Source of the DNA: a virus
Strand: one strand, 5' to 3'
DNA: 64,000 nucleotides
Virus record (IMG/VR): IMGVR_UViG_3300034072_000578
Span: 32,001 to 96,000 of that record
Both the position numbers and the translations under genes were made by a program. Position 1 is the first letter of the stretch. Every line of letters begins with the position of its first letter. The notes under the pieces were generated by a model. That model searched no databases, had not been told where the DNA came from, and saw nothing but the letters and a program-made list of their open reading frames with translations. Shown in pieces: positions 47,912 to 57,707 of this stretch.

Positions 47912-48082
47912 TTAATAAGCCGCTACGCCGTAATTGGCTTCACCGGGACGGTTCGCACTGCGGTTGACCTGCTGGACGATGCAGTTATCACCGGAGCCTG
48001 CGACCTCATAATAGAGGTTGGGGTTGCCACGAACAAGGTTGTTCAGCCCATTTGCCCGCTTACGTGCCTTCTCTTCGGTCAT
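47912..48082 (-). CDS. small hypothetical protein, not in the ORF track
   Basis: 56 aa MTEEKARKRAN..., ATGA-coupled. Confidence 0.5.
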   Translation of the reverse strand: MTEEKARKRANGLNNLVRGNPNLYYEVAGSGDNCIVQQVNRSANRPGEANYGVAAY

Positions 48083-48471
48083 GCTTCCGTTGCCTCTTCT
48101 GTGGTTGCTAGTTTGCGCATTTCTGCTGCGATTTCGGGGAAGCTTTTGTAGCCGCCATCGTTCATGGAAACGAATTCGCTGATCTGCGGATGACTTAGGC
48201 CGGATATGCCAGCGACATATAACGACCGATCAAAGATGCCACCGCTATCCCCATGATACCGGTCATCGGCTTGGATGATGCGGGACATTGCGTCCTGTTC
48301 CCGATCTGTGGTTTCCGTATGAACCGCGATCATCACATGAAGGCAACAAAAGCCACCTTTCTGGACGTGGGGGCTGAATTCTCCACCGCCCCAAGTATGT
48401 CGCGCTTGTGGGAACTTACCGCTTTCAAGGGCTTCTGCGGTCTTAAGAAGCAACTCTTTATTAAGAGCCAT
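48079..48471 (-). CDS. hypothetical protein (paralog of 29327-29680)
   Basis: 'AEALESGKFPQAR...FCCLHV...MND...SFPEIA'. Confidence 0.7.
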   Translation of the reverse strand: MALNKELLLKTAEALESGKFPQARHTWGGGEFSPHVQKGGFCCLHVMIAVHTETTDREQDAMSRIIQADDRYHGDSGGIFDRSLYVAGISGLSHPQISEFVSMNDGGYKSFPEIAAEMRKLATTEEATEA

Positions 48472-48486
48472 ATTAAATACCTTGTT

Positions 48487-48562
48487 TGGAACCCCGGACG
48501 GGAATCGAACCCGCGCTATACCTCTTTTGCAGGGAGGCGCATTTCCACTTTGCTACCGGGAT
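48487..48562 (-). tRNA. tRNA-Cys(GCA)
   Basis: Loop CTGCAAA, TCCA end. Confidence 0.88.
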
Positions 48563-48566
48563 TACA

Positions 48567-48661
48567 GGTTAGCGAAGAAGCTCTTTACCGGCGAGGTAGG
48601 GAGCGCGAAGGACAGCAATGAAGCTATCGAAGTTGAAGCCGGTTAGATCGCCTTCGCTATT
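48567..48661 (-). ncRNA. small structured RNA between tRNA-Arg and tRNA-Cys
   Basis: Terminal TAGCGAAG/CTTCGCTA helix and CCGG helix. Confidence 0.4.
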
Positions 48662-48728
48662 GGCGAGGAAGTAACCGAGGGTAAGATAAGCGATAAGAAA
48701 GTATAACATAAAAGCTTTCTGTGAAAGA

Positions 48729-48806
48729 TGGTGATCCCGGTTGGACTCGAACCAACAACCTGTCGCTTAGAAGGCGACCGCTCTTTTCCAGTTGAGCTAC
48801 GGGACC
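48729..48806 (-). tRNA. tRNA-Arg(TCT)
   Basis: Loop TTCTAA, ACCA end. Confidence 0.9.
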
Positions 48807-48848
48807 ATGTGGGGTAGCTTTTACACTACCCCGTTGAAATGTCAACCG

Positions 48849-49592
48849 TTATTTGCGGGCGACGGCGGGAGTGAAATAGCACTTGATGCTGTCGATGATG
48901 TCCTTGGAATGGATCACCGGCAACGTTACCGTCCGACCAGCAAGGAAGTTGGTGATGGCGGTTGCCGTTCCCTTCTTCTTGTTGAAGTTATCGGAGGGGT
49001 GACATACCGAGGTTGCTACCTCGAAAGTCTGGGCATCCCGTTCATTCCCGTTGAAGCCTTCCGGCGTCTTGTAAACGACGGTCAAACCGACATTGGGAAT
49101 ATCTTGGGAATAAATATGGACCACCTTGAGTCCATGATGCTGGAGAATGACGCCGTTGTCCTGCGTCTCGAAAGGCTTCATGGCCTTCTTATGGGCGTCC
49201 AGCATCGGGGCGACGATATCGGAAAGGGTTTCACCTTCCGGCTTCTCCGAAGCTTCCTTGGCCAGCGCTTCGACCGCGCCGATGATCGCATCGCCGATCA
49301 CATCACCGAGCGTCAAAGGCTGCTCGCTACCTTTCTCGCGAAGACCGGTGAGAATGTCACTGAGCGTCTTGCCAGCGGGAGGAACATGATTGCGAAGATG
49401 GTCCTTCGCCGACTCTTTCAGTTCGGCGAGCTTTTCGGCCGGAACACCGGGCTTGGGCGAATAGAGAACGCCGCCCATTTCGAACGAACCATCTTCATAT
49501 TCGGTGAAGGAATGCCCGTTAATGATTTCGGTCTTCCCCTCACCAGTAATTGCGCCCAAGATCAGCGGAAGAATATCACTAAGACCGTTCAT
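48849..49592 (-). CDS. hypothetical protein with host-like codon usage
   Basis: 247 aa; repeated 'LSDI' motifs; C-terminal 'CHPSDNFNKKKG...A' motif. Confidence 0.7.
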   Translation of the reverse strand: MNGLSDILPLILGAITGEGKTEIINGHSFTEYEDGSFEMGGVLYSPKPGVPAEKLAELKESAKDHLRNHVPPAGKTLSDILTGLREKGSEQPLTLGDVIGDAIIGAVEALAKEASEKPEGETLSDIVAPMLDAHKKAMKPFETQDNGVILQHHGLKVVHIYSQDIPNVGLTVVYKTPEGFNGNERDAQTFEVATSVCHPSDNFNKKKGTATAITNFLAGRTVTLPVIHSKDIIDSIKCYFTPAVARK

Positions 49593-49610
49593 AAAGAATG
49601 CTTTCTAATA

Positions 49611-49698
49611 TGGTGGGGAAGGTGGGATTCGAACCCACTCAAGGTTTCCCTAGCAGATTTACAGTCTGCCCCAAGCTCTCCAACTCTGGCGCTTCCCC
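49611..49698 (-). tRNA. tRNA-Tyr(GTA)
   Basis: Class II cloverleaf, loop CTGTAAA, ACCA. Confidence 0.9.
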
Positions 49699-49739
49699 AC
49701 GATTGGACGGGAGCCGATTCCCCCGTCCGTGATGCCCTT

Positions 49740-50765
49740 TTACACGGTCGCAAGAGTGCCGTCAACTGGCCAACCTTGCGAAAGAGCAAATCTTTCTAGC
49801 TCTGACTTCTTAAGCGACTGACACCCCATTCTTACGCCACCCTTGTTATCGAGTCCTACATCATATCCACGAATAGAACCTACGTTAACGTGGTAGCCTT
49901 CGTTATACCGATTACGGTAATAATCGTTAGCCATTTCCTGATTACCGAACGCATAAGGTGCAAGCTTATTGAAGCCTTGGCGGATCAGGTTCAGGCTAGT
50001 GCGCTGACCGTCCGAACCAATAACATCATCGCGGGAACCTGACCGAATTACGCGGAGTCGCTGGCCACCGCCCTGACCTTTGACATATCGAATGTCTTTG
50101 TCGGTCATCTTTTCGCCGTTATCCCATTTTTCAATGGCTTCTCTGGTAGTGGCGTCAAGTGCTGCAAGTTCTAGCTTCTTCCTTGCATCCTGTTCTTCCC
50201 GGCGCTTTTCATCGAAGAAAGTAACAATTTCGGTTTCGGTTTCATCGATTTCATCCCTGATCGGATCAAGGGTAAGCCGCCATGTGGAACGTAGAGTGCC
50301 AAGCTCTGCCTCATGCTGCTCGCGAAGCGCTCTTTCAGCATCAGCGAAGCGCTTGTTAACCACATCGATCTGAGCGTTATATTCCGATTCGGCTTTATCC
50401 TTCTTAGCGATCAGATTATATGCCGCCAGCGAAAAAGTCTTGCCGAAAGTCTTGCCGATTTCGATTAGCTTATCCAGCCGACCTTGACGGAAATCTTCGA
50501 GTCTTTTGGTGGGACTTAGAAGATCACTGAAACTCCCTACTCGAAGGAAGTTCTTACCTTCCTTGACGGTCGAAACCAAGAGCGCATCATTGACTTCATC
50601 CGTCAGGTTATTAGCTACCAGAATAGCAGCATCGGACTTCTTAGCGATTAGTCGCTTGTCCATGTAAAGATTTTCATCTTTGAAAGATAAAGAACCGTAT
50701 AAACCTTCTTCTTCGCCATTGAGATATGCGGCGACGATATTCGAAACGTTATCATAGGTCTTCAT
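49740..50765 (-). CDS. hypothetical coiled-coil protein
   Basis: Start MKTYDN; central coiled coil. Confidence 0.6.
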   Translation of the reverse strand: MKTYDNVSNIVAAYLNGEEEGLYGSLSFKDENLYMDKRLIAKKSDAAILVANNLTDEVNDALLVSTVKEGKNFLRVGSFSDLLSPTKRLEDFRQGRLDKLIEIGKTFGKTFSLAAYNLIAKKDKAESEYNAQIDVVNKRFADAERALREQHEAELGTLRSTWRLTLDPIRDEIDETETEIVTFFDEKRREEQDARKKLELAALDATTREAIEKWDNGEKMTDKDIRYVKGQGGGQRLRVIRSGSRDDVIGSDGQRTSLNLIRQGFNKLAPYAFGNQEMANDYYRNRYNEGYHVNVGSIRGYDVGLDNKGGVRMGCQSLKKSELERFALSQGWPVDGTLATV

Positions 50766-50856
50766 ATATAATATGCTTTCTAATGGAGAAATGGACGCAC
50801 GAACCCTAGGGAAGCGTTCTGAATTGAACATGGGGGATGCTTCCCTAGGGAAACTG

Positions 50857-51093
50857 TTAGGAAAGGAGGTTGGCTAGGTTGCCACCGATACGACGGGCTT
50901 TATCAGCTTCCGTCTCTGCTGCCTCAGCAGCCTTCGCAGCAGCTTCTGCTACGGCCTTGGCCTTCTCTGCCTTGTTGACCTGATGGACAACTGCCTTGTC
51001 TAGCTTGGCAACGGCCTTATTGATCGACTTGACCGCCTTAGCGGCATTTGGTTCACCGAAAATGATGTAGAAAATACGTAATAAGCTATTCAT
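50857..51093 (-). CDS. Ala/Lys-rich hypothetical protein
   Basis: 78-aa ORF. Confidence 0.55.
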   Translation of the reverse strand: MNSLLRIFYIIFGEPNAAKAVKSINKAVAKLDKAVVHQVNKAEKAKAVAEAAAKAAEAAETEADKARRIGGNLANLLS

Positions 51094-51110
51094 GTCTTAC
51101 TTTCCGTTGT

Positions 51111-51197
51111 TGGTAGGGGTAATGGGACTCGAACCCATACGGCCTTTCGGCCACTGCATTTTGAGTGCAGCGCGTCTACCAGTTCCGCCATACCCCC
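51111..51197 (-). tRNA. tRNA-Leu(CAA)
   Basis: Class II cloverleaf, loop CTCAAAA, ACCA. Confidence 0.9.
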
Positions 51198-51203
51198 GTG
51201 GTG

Positions 51204-51542
51204 TTAGGGCAAAAGCCCCGAACGTCTTAGCCGATAGTCCCGGTTAATGGACTCGACATCGTTATTGAAATCTTCTCTGGCCTTCCACTTATCGAATTGA
51301 TACTGCTGCCAGATAGGATCATCTTCATAAGAGGGCTTCGTGCGGGGCATATCCTTGTAGGGCTGTCCCGAAGCCTTCTCATAGCAGTAAGCTACCGCCT
51401 GCTGCTGTTGCTGGTAGGTGGCCCTCTTGTTGTTCAGGGTCGGCTCATAGCATTCCCTGAAAATATCCCCGCCAGACTTCTGGGCCATGGCCGGAGCGGA
51501 AACCGAGAGCAAAGCGGCAACGATAGCTAGATTGATTCGCAT
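51204..51542 (-). CDS. exported hypothetical protein
   Basis: Signal peptide ending AMA-Q; GAGG RBS. Confidence 0.6.
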   Translation of the reverse strand: MRINLAIVAALLSVSAPAMAQKSGGDIFRECYEPTLNNKRATYQQQQQAVAYCYEKASGQPYKDMPRTKPSYEDDPIWQQYQFDKWKAREDFNNDVESINRDYRLRRSGLLP

Positions 51543-51595
51543 GATTCATTCCTCCTATCGTCCCACTTTACAGCGGTTTACCGCCCAATCAAGCC

Positions 51596-52204
51596 TTAAT
51601 CGATGGGGACCAGCTTAAAACCCTGCGATGCGAAATAAGATAGCATTGCAAAAGCGGCGCTATAAAGAGAGCCACGAAATTCATGGGGAAGGTCTTGGAA
51701 GGACACGTTAGAATGCAAGCTTTTTACTTCCTGCATAAAGGCGTTGTCTACCCCGTTAAACTTACGGCGAGCGTTGACCACATCGACATAAGAGCGAAAG
51801 ATAGCTTCCTGTAGGAGGCTAACTGAGCCGTGCTGTTTCTGGATCATTTAGCCGTGCCTTTCTGCCAGTTCGTTAAACTCTTCCGGCGAAAGCATCTGTT
51901 CCCCTTCGGTCGGTTCTACCACGACTTCTTCGTTGTCGTTGGTAGGAAAATAAATTGGTATCAGTTCTTCGATACGGGCGATAACCTGCTGGAGGTTATA
52001 AAGCCGTTCCATATGAAACGGCGTCTTGGTTTTCAGCAGTAGCGACTTCATATGAGCCGCTTTAAGCGCTGTCAAGATGGTTTCGTGATTGTCAGCCCCT
52101 AGTTCGATGAGCAATCCCCGGTTCTTGTAGGTGATTTTAGCCTTGGTAAGAACCGCTTCATAATGAGGGAATTGCTCGGCGGTTAAACGCATTTCGATAG
52201 GCAT
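51596..52204 (-). CDS. two hypothetical genes (51596-51847, 51848-52204)
   Basis: Coupled ORFs. Confidence 0.55.
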
Positions 52205-52225
52205 ATGTGATAACTCCGGTAATAA

Positions 52226-52777
52226 TTAGACGATGAACCAGCCGTGACGAACACCCTTGAAGAATGCCTGTGCGTTCACTTCCGTATCGTAGTCCCCCTT
52301 ATGGGCGAGTCGCGAATCATAATCAACGTCTAGTGCAAAGCATAGTTCTTCAAGTCTTGGCGACTTTCCTAAGTCGGTTGCGAACGTTCCTTCTACCATA
52401 GTATCGAACCACTTAGTGTCAGGTAGTTCGAAACCGTTTCTTTCTGCTTCCATTTTAAGGAACGGGTAGTCAAACCCGCCCTCATAATCTGGACCGCCGC
52501 CGTTGTGGGCCACGATTAAATGGCTTTCTTTCAGCACCTTAATGATTTGAGGGAAGCATTTCGCAATGACCGGCTTCGTCTTCAATTCATCGAGGGCGAT
52601 GCCATGCACGGCAAAAGCCTTGGCGTCAATGTTACGCTCTGGGTTAAAACGTAGTAGTAAGTTCCTCTTCTCTTCCTCGGTATCTAAATCGAACTGCCGT
52701 AAAGACAGTTCGATAATACGATGGTCAGGATGGAGCTTACCAGTGGTTTCTTCGTCTAAGAATGTTACTAAGCGCAT
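52226..52777 (-). CDS. DnaQ/DEDDh 3'-5' exonuclease
   Basis: 'LDEETTG', 'VAHNG...FD', 'DTM', 'AHKGDYDT'. Confidence 0.85.
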   Translation of the reverse strand: MRLVTFLDEETTGKLHPDHRIIELSLRQFDLDTEEEKRNLLLRFNPERNIDAKAFAVHGIALDELKTKPVIAKCFPQIIKVLKESHLIVAHNGGGPDYEGGFDYPFLKMEAERNGFELPDTKWFDTMVEGTFATDLGKSPRLEELCFALDVDYDSRLAHKGDYDTEVNAQAFFKGVRHGWFIV

Positions 52778-52911
52778 TGTTCACTTATAGGATAATAATT
52801 AAAATAATAAAGAGCATTAGATAGAAAAATGCTAGGTCGCCCATTTGATGGCCTTTCTAATAATGGTGGTTAGACCGTAAATTGCTAGCAATTCTACGAT
52901 GCAAAATAAAC

Positions 52912-53955
52912 CTATAGGGTGCATGTCGTTGATACCTTCTGTTTATACCAGATAGCAGCACGGGCGGCGACTACCTTGCTAAGTTCGTTCCAAGGAGTTT
53001 CATTCTCGGCCCGCTCAGTTTCGGACTCCTTAAATACGTCGGAGCATACCCACTTGATAAAGTTGGGCGTTTCCTTCATGCTGCGGATGGTCGATTCGTC
53101 TGCGAACGCCTGCCAGCCCTGTTCCATGCGCTGTTCAGTGCAGAATGCATCGGCGAAACGGTTCTTGTTCGCGAACTTCTCTGGATCGAAGTTAACAGCA
53201 GCCTTTGTCTTGTTGACTCGGTGATGCTCTGACTTCGCTTTGAAGTTGAAATGGCTGAAATGCTCTATCTCATTGCCAAGATATGCCACACCCGGTTTCG
53301 ATCCTAGGAACGGGTAGCAAACGAATCCTTCGCCATGGCCTTCTACGTCGAAAAGCTCTTTGATGAAAGGGTCTACTAGACCGACTTCTTCGGTTGCTTT
53401 GTTAAGCGCACTTAGAGTCTTTTCAGTCTCAGTCTTGCTAACAAAGTCAATGGTGACGGTATCGTGCCATGGAATAACGATAACAGTGTCAGGAGCTTCT
53501 AGTCCTAGAACTGCCTCGATATGATCTGGACAAATAAGACGACAATATTCGCCGTTGTCCTTATGGCTGTCTAGAGCGAAAACAAAGAAGTGCTTGGTAG
53601 GAATGGAGCTAACAGCTACATTCGATTGGACACCGGGACCAGCCCACTCGCCATAGACGATAATAGTAGCGTCCGACTTCGATAAGCCGCTGAAATAGCT
53701 CTCATTGGCTTCAACCCAAGCGCGGAAGCCTGCGTTATCGCTGTTACCGGGAATGTCGCTGGAGCGCTTCTGCGCTGTTACACGCCCATCGGGGTCTACC
53801 CTTACGGCAGCATTTGTTCCGTGAAGTTTAATCTTTAAACCATATTTGATACGGTAATCGTTGGCTACAATTACCTGATGTAATCGGTTGTGACCTAACG
53901 ACTTTACCACTTCATGGAAGGAATTGAGGTCATTCCATTTAACAAACTTACTCAT
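52912..53955 (-). CDS. RNA ligase (Rnl2 family)
   Basis: Motif I 'KIKLHGTNA', 'YGEWAGPGVQ', 'FVFA', 'GEGFV', 'FKAK'. Confidence 0.85.
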   Translation of the reverse strand: MSKFVKWNDLNSFHEVVKSLGHNRLHQVIVANDYRIKYGLKIKLHGTNAAVRVDPDGRVTAQKRSSDIPGNSDNAGFRAWVEANESYFSGLSKSDATIIVYGEWAGPGVQSNVAVSSIPTKHFFVFALDSHKDNGEYCRLICPDHIEAVLGLEAPDTVIVIPWHDTVTIDFVSKTETEKTLSALNKATEEVGLVDPFIKELFDVEGHGEGFVCYPFLGSKPGVAYLGNEIEHFSHFNFKAKSEHHRVNKTKAAVNFDPEKFANKNRFADAFCTEQRMEQGWQAFADESTIRSMKETPNFIKWVCSDVFKESETERAENETPWNELSKVVAARAAIWYKQKVSTTCTL

Positions 53956-54353
53956 TTCGAATGTTTCACTTTCGCTAGTGCTTCATCTATAGTATAGCCA
54001 ACTCTCAACCTACTACGCAGGGTTTCTACGTGTATTCCTGATCGTCTAGCTATTTCGGAAATTGTTAACTCTTCACCTTCGTATAGGAATTTCCTATTAC
54101 GTCTTGTGTTTGAAGAATTTTCTTTAGGAGAAACCCAACGGCAATTATCCTTGTAATAGCCGTCTTCGTTATTGATCCTATCTAATTGATACTCAGGGAA
54201 TGGCGGATCGCCCATATCTGCTAGAAACCTAGCATATGAGTTCATCCACTCTGGGCAAACCCATATTCCTCTGCCGCCATAAAACCCATAATTGTCAGCG
54301 TTAACATTATAACACCTTTGTTTCATGGCGTTATAACTGTTATACGCCGTCAC
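53952..54353 (-). CDS. HNH-type endonuclease
   Basis: 'MKQRCYN...YGGRGI.VC..W..F..DMG...LDRINNEDGY..DNCRW'. Confidence 0.85.
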   Translation of the reverse strand: MTAYNSYNAMKQRCYNVNADNYGFYGGRGIWVCPEWMNSYARFLADMGDPPFPEYQLDRINNEDGYYKDNCRWVSPKENSSNTRRNRKFLYEGEELTISEIARRSGIHVETLRSRLRVGYTIDEALAKVKHSK

Positions 54354-54355
54354 TT

Positions 54356-54960
54356 TTAACGTTCCTTCGGTAATTCTAAATTGTTGATGAGGTTTGCTAG
54401 CGCTAGGCCAGCTTTGATAGAATAGATTGAACGGTAGACGGTGCCGTTATTAGCTTGATCGCTAATAACAATACACTTAATACCGCCATGTTCTTCTATT
54501 GATGCGTCTAGTTTTACCGTGCCTAGACGCGGGCACTTAATGATGGCACTAGCCATTAATTATCATTTCCTGTTATGGGTAGTAGGCCCATGAATTCCCT
54601 TACTTCGTTTCTGGTGCGTTTTAAGGGCGCTGGAAGCGTATCTGGGAAAGGATGGGTAAAGGCTAGGGAAAGACCGTTTAGGCGCTCTAGGAGGGTCGCC
54701 CGTTCGATTTTGGCCTTCTGTAGTGCGATAGCTCGCCCAAAGCCTGCCGGTTCAGGTGGAGCTAGGAACTGATCTTCGGTTCCTTCTTCTCTACCTACCC
54801 TAATACGGCGTCTTATAGCGTCTTCTGCATCATACTTCTGACGATACATATCGATTTGCTTGGAAAGGTCATGAATACGATTCATGATTTCTTCCTGCGT
54901 ATCGTAGTCTTTGCTCTCTACTTCGGTGTTTTCACCAGTTAAGTCGCTTCCAGCGCTCAT
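54356..54960 (-). CDS. two hypothetical genes (54356-54556, 54556-54960)
   Basis: Coupled ORFs. Confidence 0.5.
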
Positions 54961-55520
54961 TATATCCTCTTTAAGATATAGTTGACCCGTTCATCATACT
55001 GATATTCCTTAGGAACATCGATGACCTTTACTTTGTTCGAATGGAGTTGACTTACATAGTAGTCAATTCGATGGTCGAACGCCTCTCTGTCATAGGCTTT
55101 TGGCCTATTGTATTTATCTTCCATCTGTTCCGTTAAATCGGCTTCTGGATAGATTAGAATGTCGCAATATTCGCGGGTTGCTAGGATGCAACGTTTAGCG
55201 AAGTCTGCTACTCTTTCCGAATACCGCCAGTGAGGTAGACCCATTGCCATATAGGCCGCTAGGTCGATTGGGGATCGGTCATAGATAGTGTCTACACTTG
55301 CAGTCATCTTGTAGGATTCTAGAAAGACTTCTAAAACCCTTTCTTGATATTCGATTAGCTGTTCTGGCGTATGGGGCTTGTTTAGATCGAACCCCATACG
55401 CTTAGCAACCGGGCCTGCAAATGAAGGAATATACAGATAATGAGGACGGGCCTTGTTTAACTTCATGCAAGTTTGTGACTTGCCGATACCGTGAGGGCCT
55501 GTAAACATTACCCGCGTCAT
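54960..55520 (-). CDS. P-loop nucleotide kinase-like protein
   Basis: 'FTGPHGIGKS', 'IYDRSPID..AY'. Confidence 0.75.
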   Translation of the reverse strand: MTRVMFTGPHGIGKSQTCMKLNKARPHYLYIPSFAGPVAKRMGFDLNKPHTPEQLIEYQERVLEVFLESYKMTASVDTIYDRSPIDLAAYMAMGLPHWRYSERVADFAKRCILATREYCDILIYPEADLTEQMEDKYNRPKAYDREAFDHRIDYYVSQLHSNKVKVIDVPKEYQYDERVNYILKRI

Positions 55521-55522
55521 TA

Positions 55523-56590
55523 TTAGCTTCCTTTTGACTTATTGAATTCTGCTGGTTCTTCCAGTAGATATTTGGTGTTGAGGGTAGTAGCGAGCTTCCT
55601 ACCATCTTCTAGGTCTTCAATGGTCTGGACCAAAGAAGTGCGGACTCTTGCGCCATCCCACCAGCGTTGCTTTTTGTCTTCGTGGATGGTGCCGATAATA
55701 ACCGACCGCCCCTTACCCATACCGACAATCATGTAACCGCGAATGATGGCATCAAAATCAGGCATTAAAGTTCCTTTATAGCGCTAACTTCTTTGAAGAT
55801 ACGAACTTCACCAAGGATCGCTTCGATTTCGCAGCCGTCCTCCGTGTCCTCGATTGCATAACCACGATTCGCTAGCTCGGTAAAGAGGCTCTTAAATCGT
55901 GCAGCACTAACCCTTAGTTGCTTGGCTAGCTGTTCGTCTGTTAGCTTATCTACTGGACGGATATTGGTAACGTAGAAGTTGTGCTTGAAGTTAGCATCAT
56001 CCTTCTTATAAACGCCACCACTGCAAAGCCAGACGGTTTCGTTAAATTCGCTACCTTTCACCGGCTTTAGAGTGTGGTATTCTGCCCTTGGATTATAAGG
56101 GTGAAGTAGTTCCCATTCCTTGCCGTTCTTGTCGTATAAGGGTAGCTCCCAATCAACGCTGTTTTTCATCTAGCTTCCGTGCCTCTTCAATTGACATTAC
56201 AGTTAGGGTTGATAAATCGCCGTTCTTAAGGACGACTACCTTAGAACCCGGCTTGGCATGGTCATGGGCCTTTAGGCTGTCATACCAGCTATCATCATAA
56301 TGCCCTGTCTGAGGATAATCCTCAGCTTTATAGTGGACCATGAACTTGTAAGCGTCCTTCGGCTTATTCTTGAAGTTAATACCTTCGCTAGGGCTAGTCC
56401 CCGCTAGGTGCATTGGATGGTTGGTAGCAAGGAAGATACCGTTCTTACCATAAACCCACTTATATGGGGCGTCATTGTAAGAACAGATATACATGGTGGT
56501 CAAAACATCGACCACTTTCATGTTTACATATTTCATTTCGGTTTCTACTACGTCACCGACCTTGTAGTTTGCATGTTCGCTCTCTGACAT
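55523..56590 (-). CDS. three hypothetical genes (55523-55765, 55765-56169, 56153-56590)
   Basis: Coupled ORFs. Confidence 0.55.
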
Positions 56591-56931
56591 TATAGCGAAA
56601 CTCCCTTTTCATAGGTTTCCTGTAGTGATAGCCAGTAATCGCTACCATTGCCGTAGAAGTCGCCTAGGCTCTTAGCCATCTTGGCATCGATCCGGTCTTC
56701 CCCGCGAATTAGAAGCTGGAGGCGGCGGAAAGGAATACGTGCCCGCTTGGAAAGGTCCGAAAGCTGCGCAGGGAAGTAAGGAACTAGGAATTCCTCTACT
56801 AGAACGTGGCCGGGGTTACGGCGGTAGTTCTTAATCGACGCAAGAGTCTTTAGCTCTGCCGCTGCGGTGATTTCGAAGGCGATCTGTTCGGGGGTTGCTG
56901 CACCTGACTGGATGCGATCATACTGTGTCAT
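56590..56931 (-). CDS. HigA-like antitoxin/HTH protein
   Basis: 'NPGHVLVEEFLVP...L.......LIRGE..I...MA..LG...G....YWLSLQ..Y' HigA pattern. Confidence 0.75.
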   Translation of the reverse strand: MTQYDRIQSGAATPEQIAFEITAAAELKTLASIKNYRRNPGHVLVEEFLVPYFPAQLSDLSKRARIPFRRLQLLIRGEDRIDAKMAKSLGDFYGNGSDYWLSLQETYEKGVSL

Positions 56932-56955
56932 ATTTAATATACCAATTATTAGGGG

Positions 56956-57156
56956 TTAGTCGAAAGAGATATCGCCAATTGCTTCTGCGATACCAGCGAG
57001 GGCTTCGCCGCCACCAGCGGCGATAACCCAACCTGAGAGATAAAGTAGCGTTGGGGTTAGGAACCACCAAGACCAACTAAAGACACCTATAGCAGCCAGC
57101 GTAATTAAAACAACCGTTAGTGCGTTAGGTAGTATGTGGATTAGTTTTTCAGTCAC
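56956..57156 (-). CDS. small membrane protein
   Basis: Two hydrophobic segments. Confidence 0.5.
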   Translation of the reverse strand: MTEKLIHILPNALTVVLITLAAIGVFSWSWWFLTPTLLYLSGWVIAAGGGEALAGIAEAIGDISFD

Positions 57157-57218
57157 GATATCCGATTACAAATTCCTTAAAGAGCATCATTAGTCCGAGA
57201 CTTGCTACCATAATTATC

Positions 57219-57707
57219 TCAGCCATACATTTGTCTTTTTACCTCAGCTTCTAGTAGCGGCTCTGGAGCCTGCCAGCCTTCCGGCTTCTTAGTTTTGCCG
57301 TCTGGATGATATAAAGGCTTTCCATCTGGCCCAAGCTTCGCCATATTAGCGCCTTGAACGATTTCCCATAGCTTGCCGGGACGAATGCCTAGCTCTACTA
57401 AAGTGCCTACAGCGAAGTAAATCTGGTCGATACAAGCGTCCGCCTGATCCACAATCGTCTTAGCGTCCCGCATTTCCTGTGTCTCTTCATCGATCCACTT
57501 GGCCCGCTTGTTAATGCGGTCTTCCGTTAGAAGGACAGGTGAGTCAGGAGCGGCGTGGCCGAAAGCCTTATGGAACTTGCGAACGTCCTCGAATAGGGCG
57601 TCTAGCGGCTTAATATCTTCCCGCTTATAGATTGCTCCAGCTACCGTCCAGTTCTCTGGTAAGTAGCTGTAACGTGCTTCAATCTTCATTGGTAATTCAG
57701 TCTTCAT
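57219..57707 (-). CDS. MazG-like nucleotide pyrophosphohydrolase
   Basis: 'VRKFHKAF', 'EETQE', 'ADACIDQIY', 'VQGANMAK', 'KPEGW'. Confidence 0.8.
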   Translation of the reverse strand: MKTELPMKIEARYSYLPENWTVAGAIYKREDIKPLDALFEDVRKFHKAFGHAAPDSPVLLTEDRINKRAKWIDEETQEMRDAKTIVDQADACIDQIYFAVGTLVELGIRPGKLWEIVQGANMAKLGPDGKPLYHPDGKTKKPEGWQAPEPLLEAEVKRQMYG

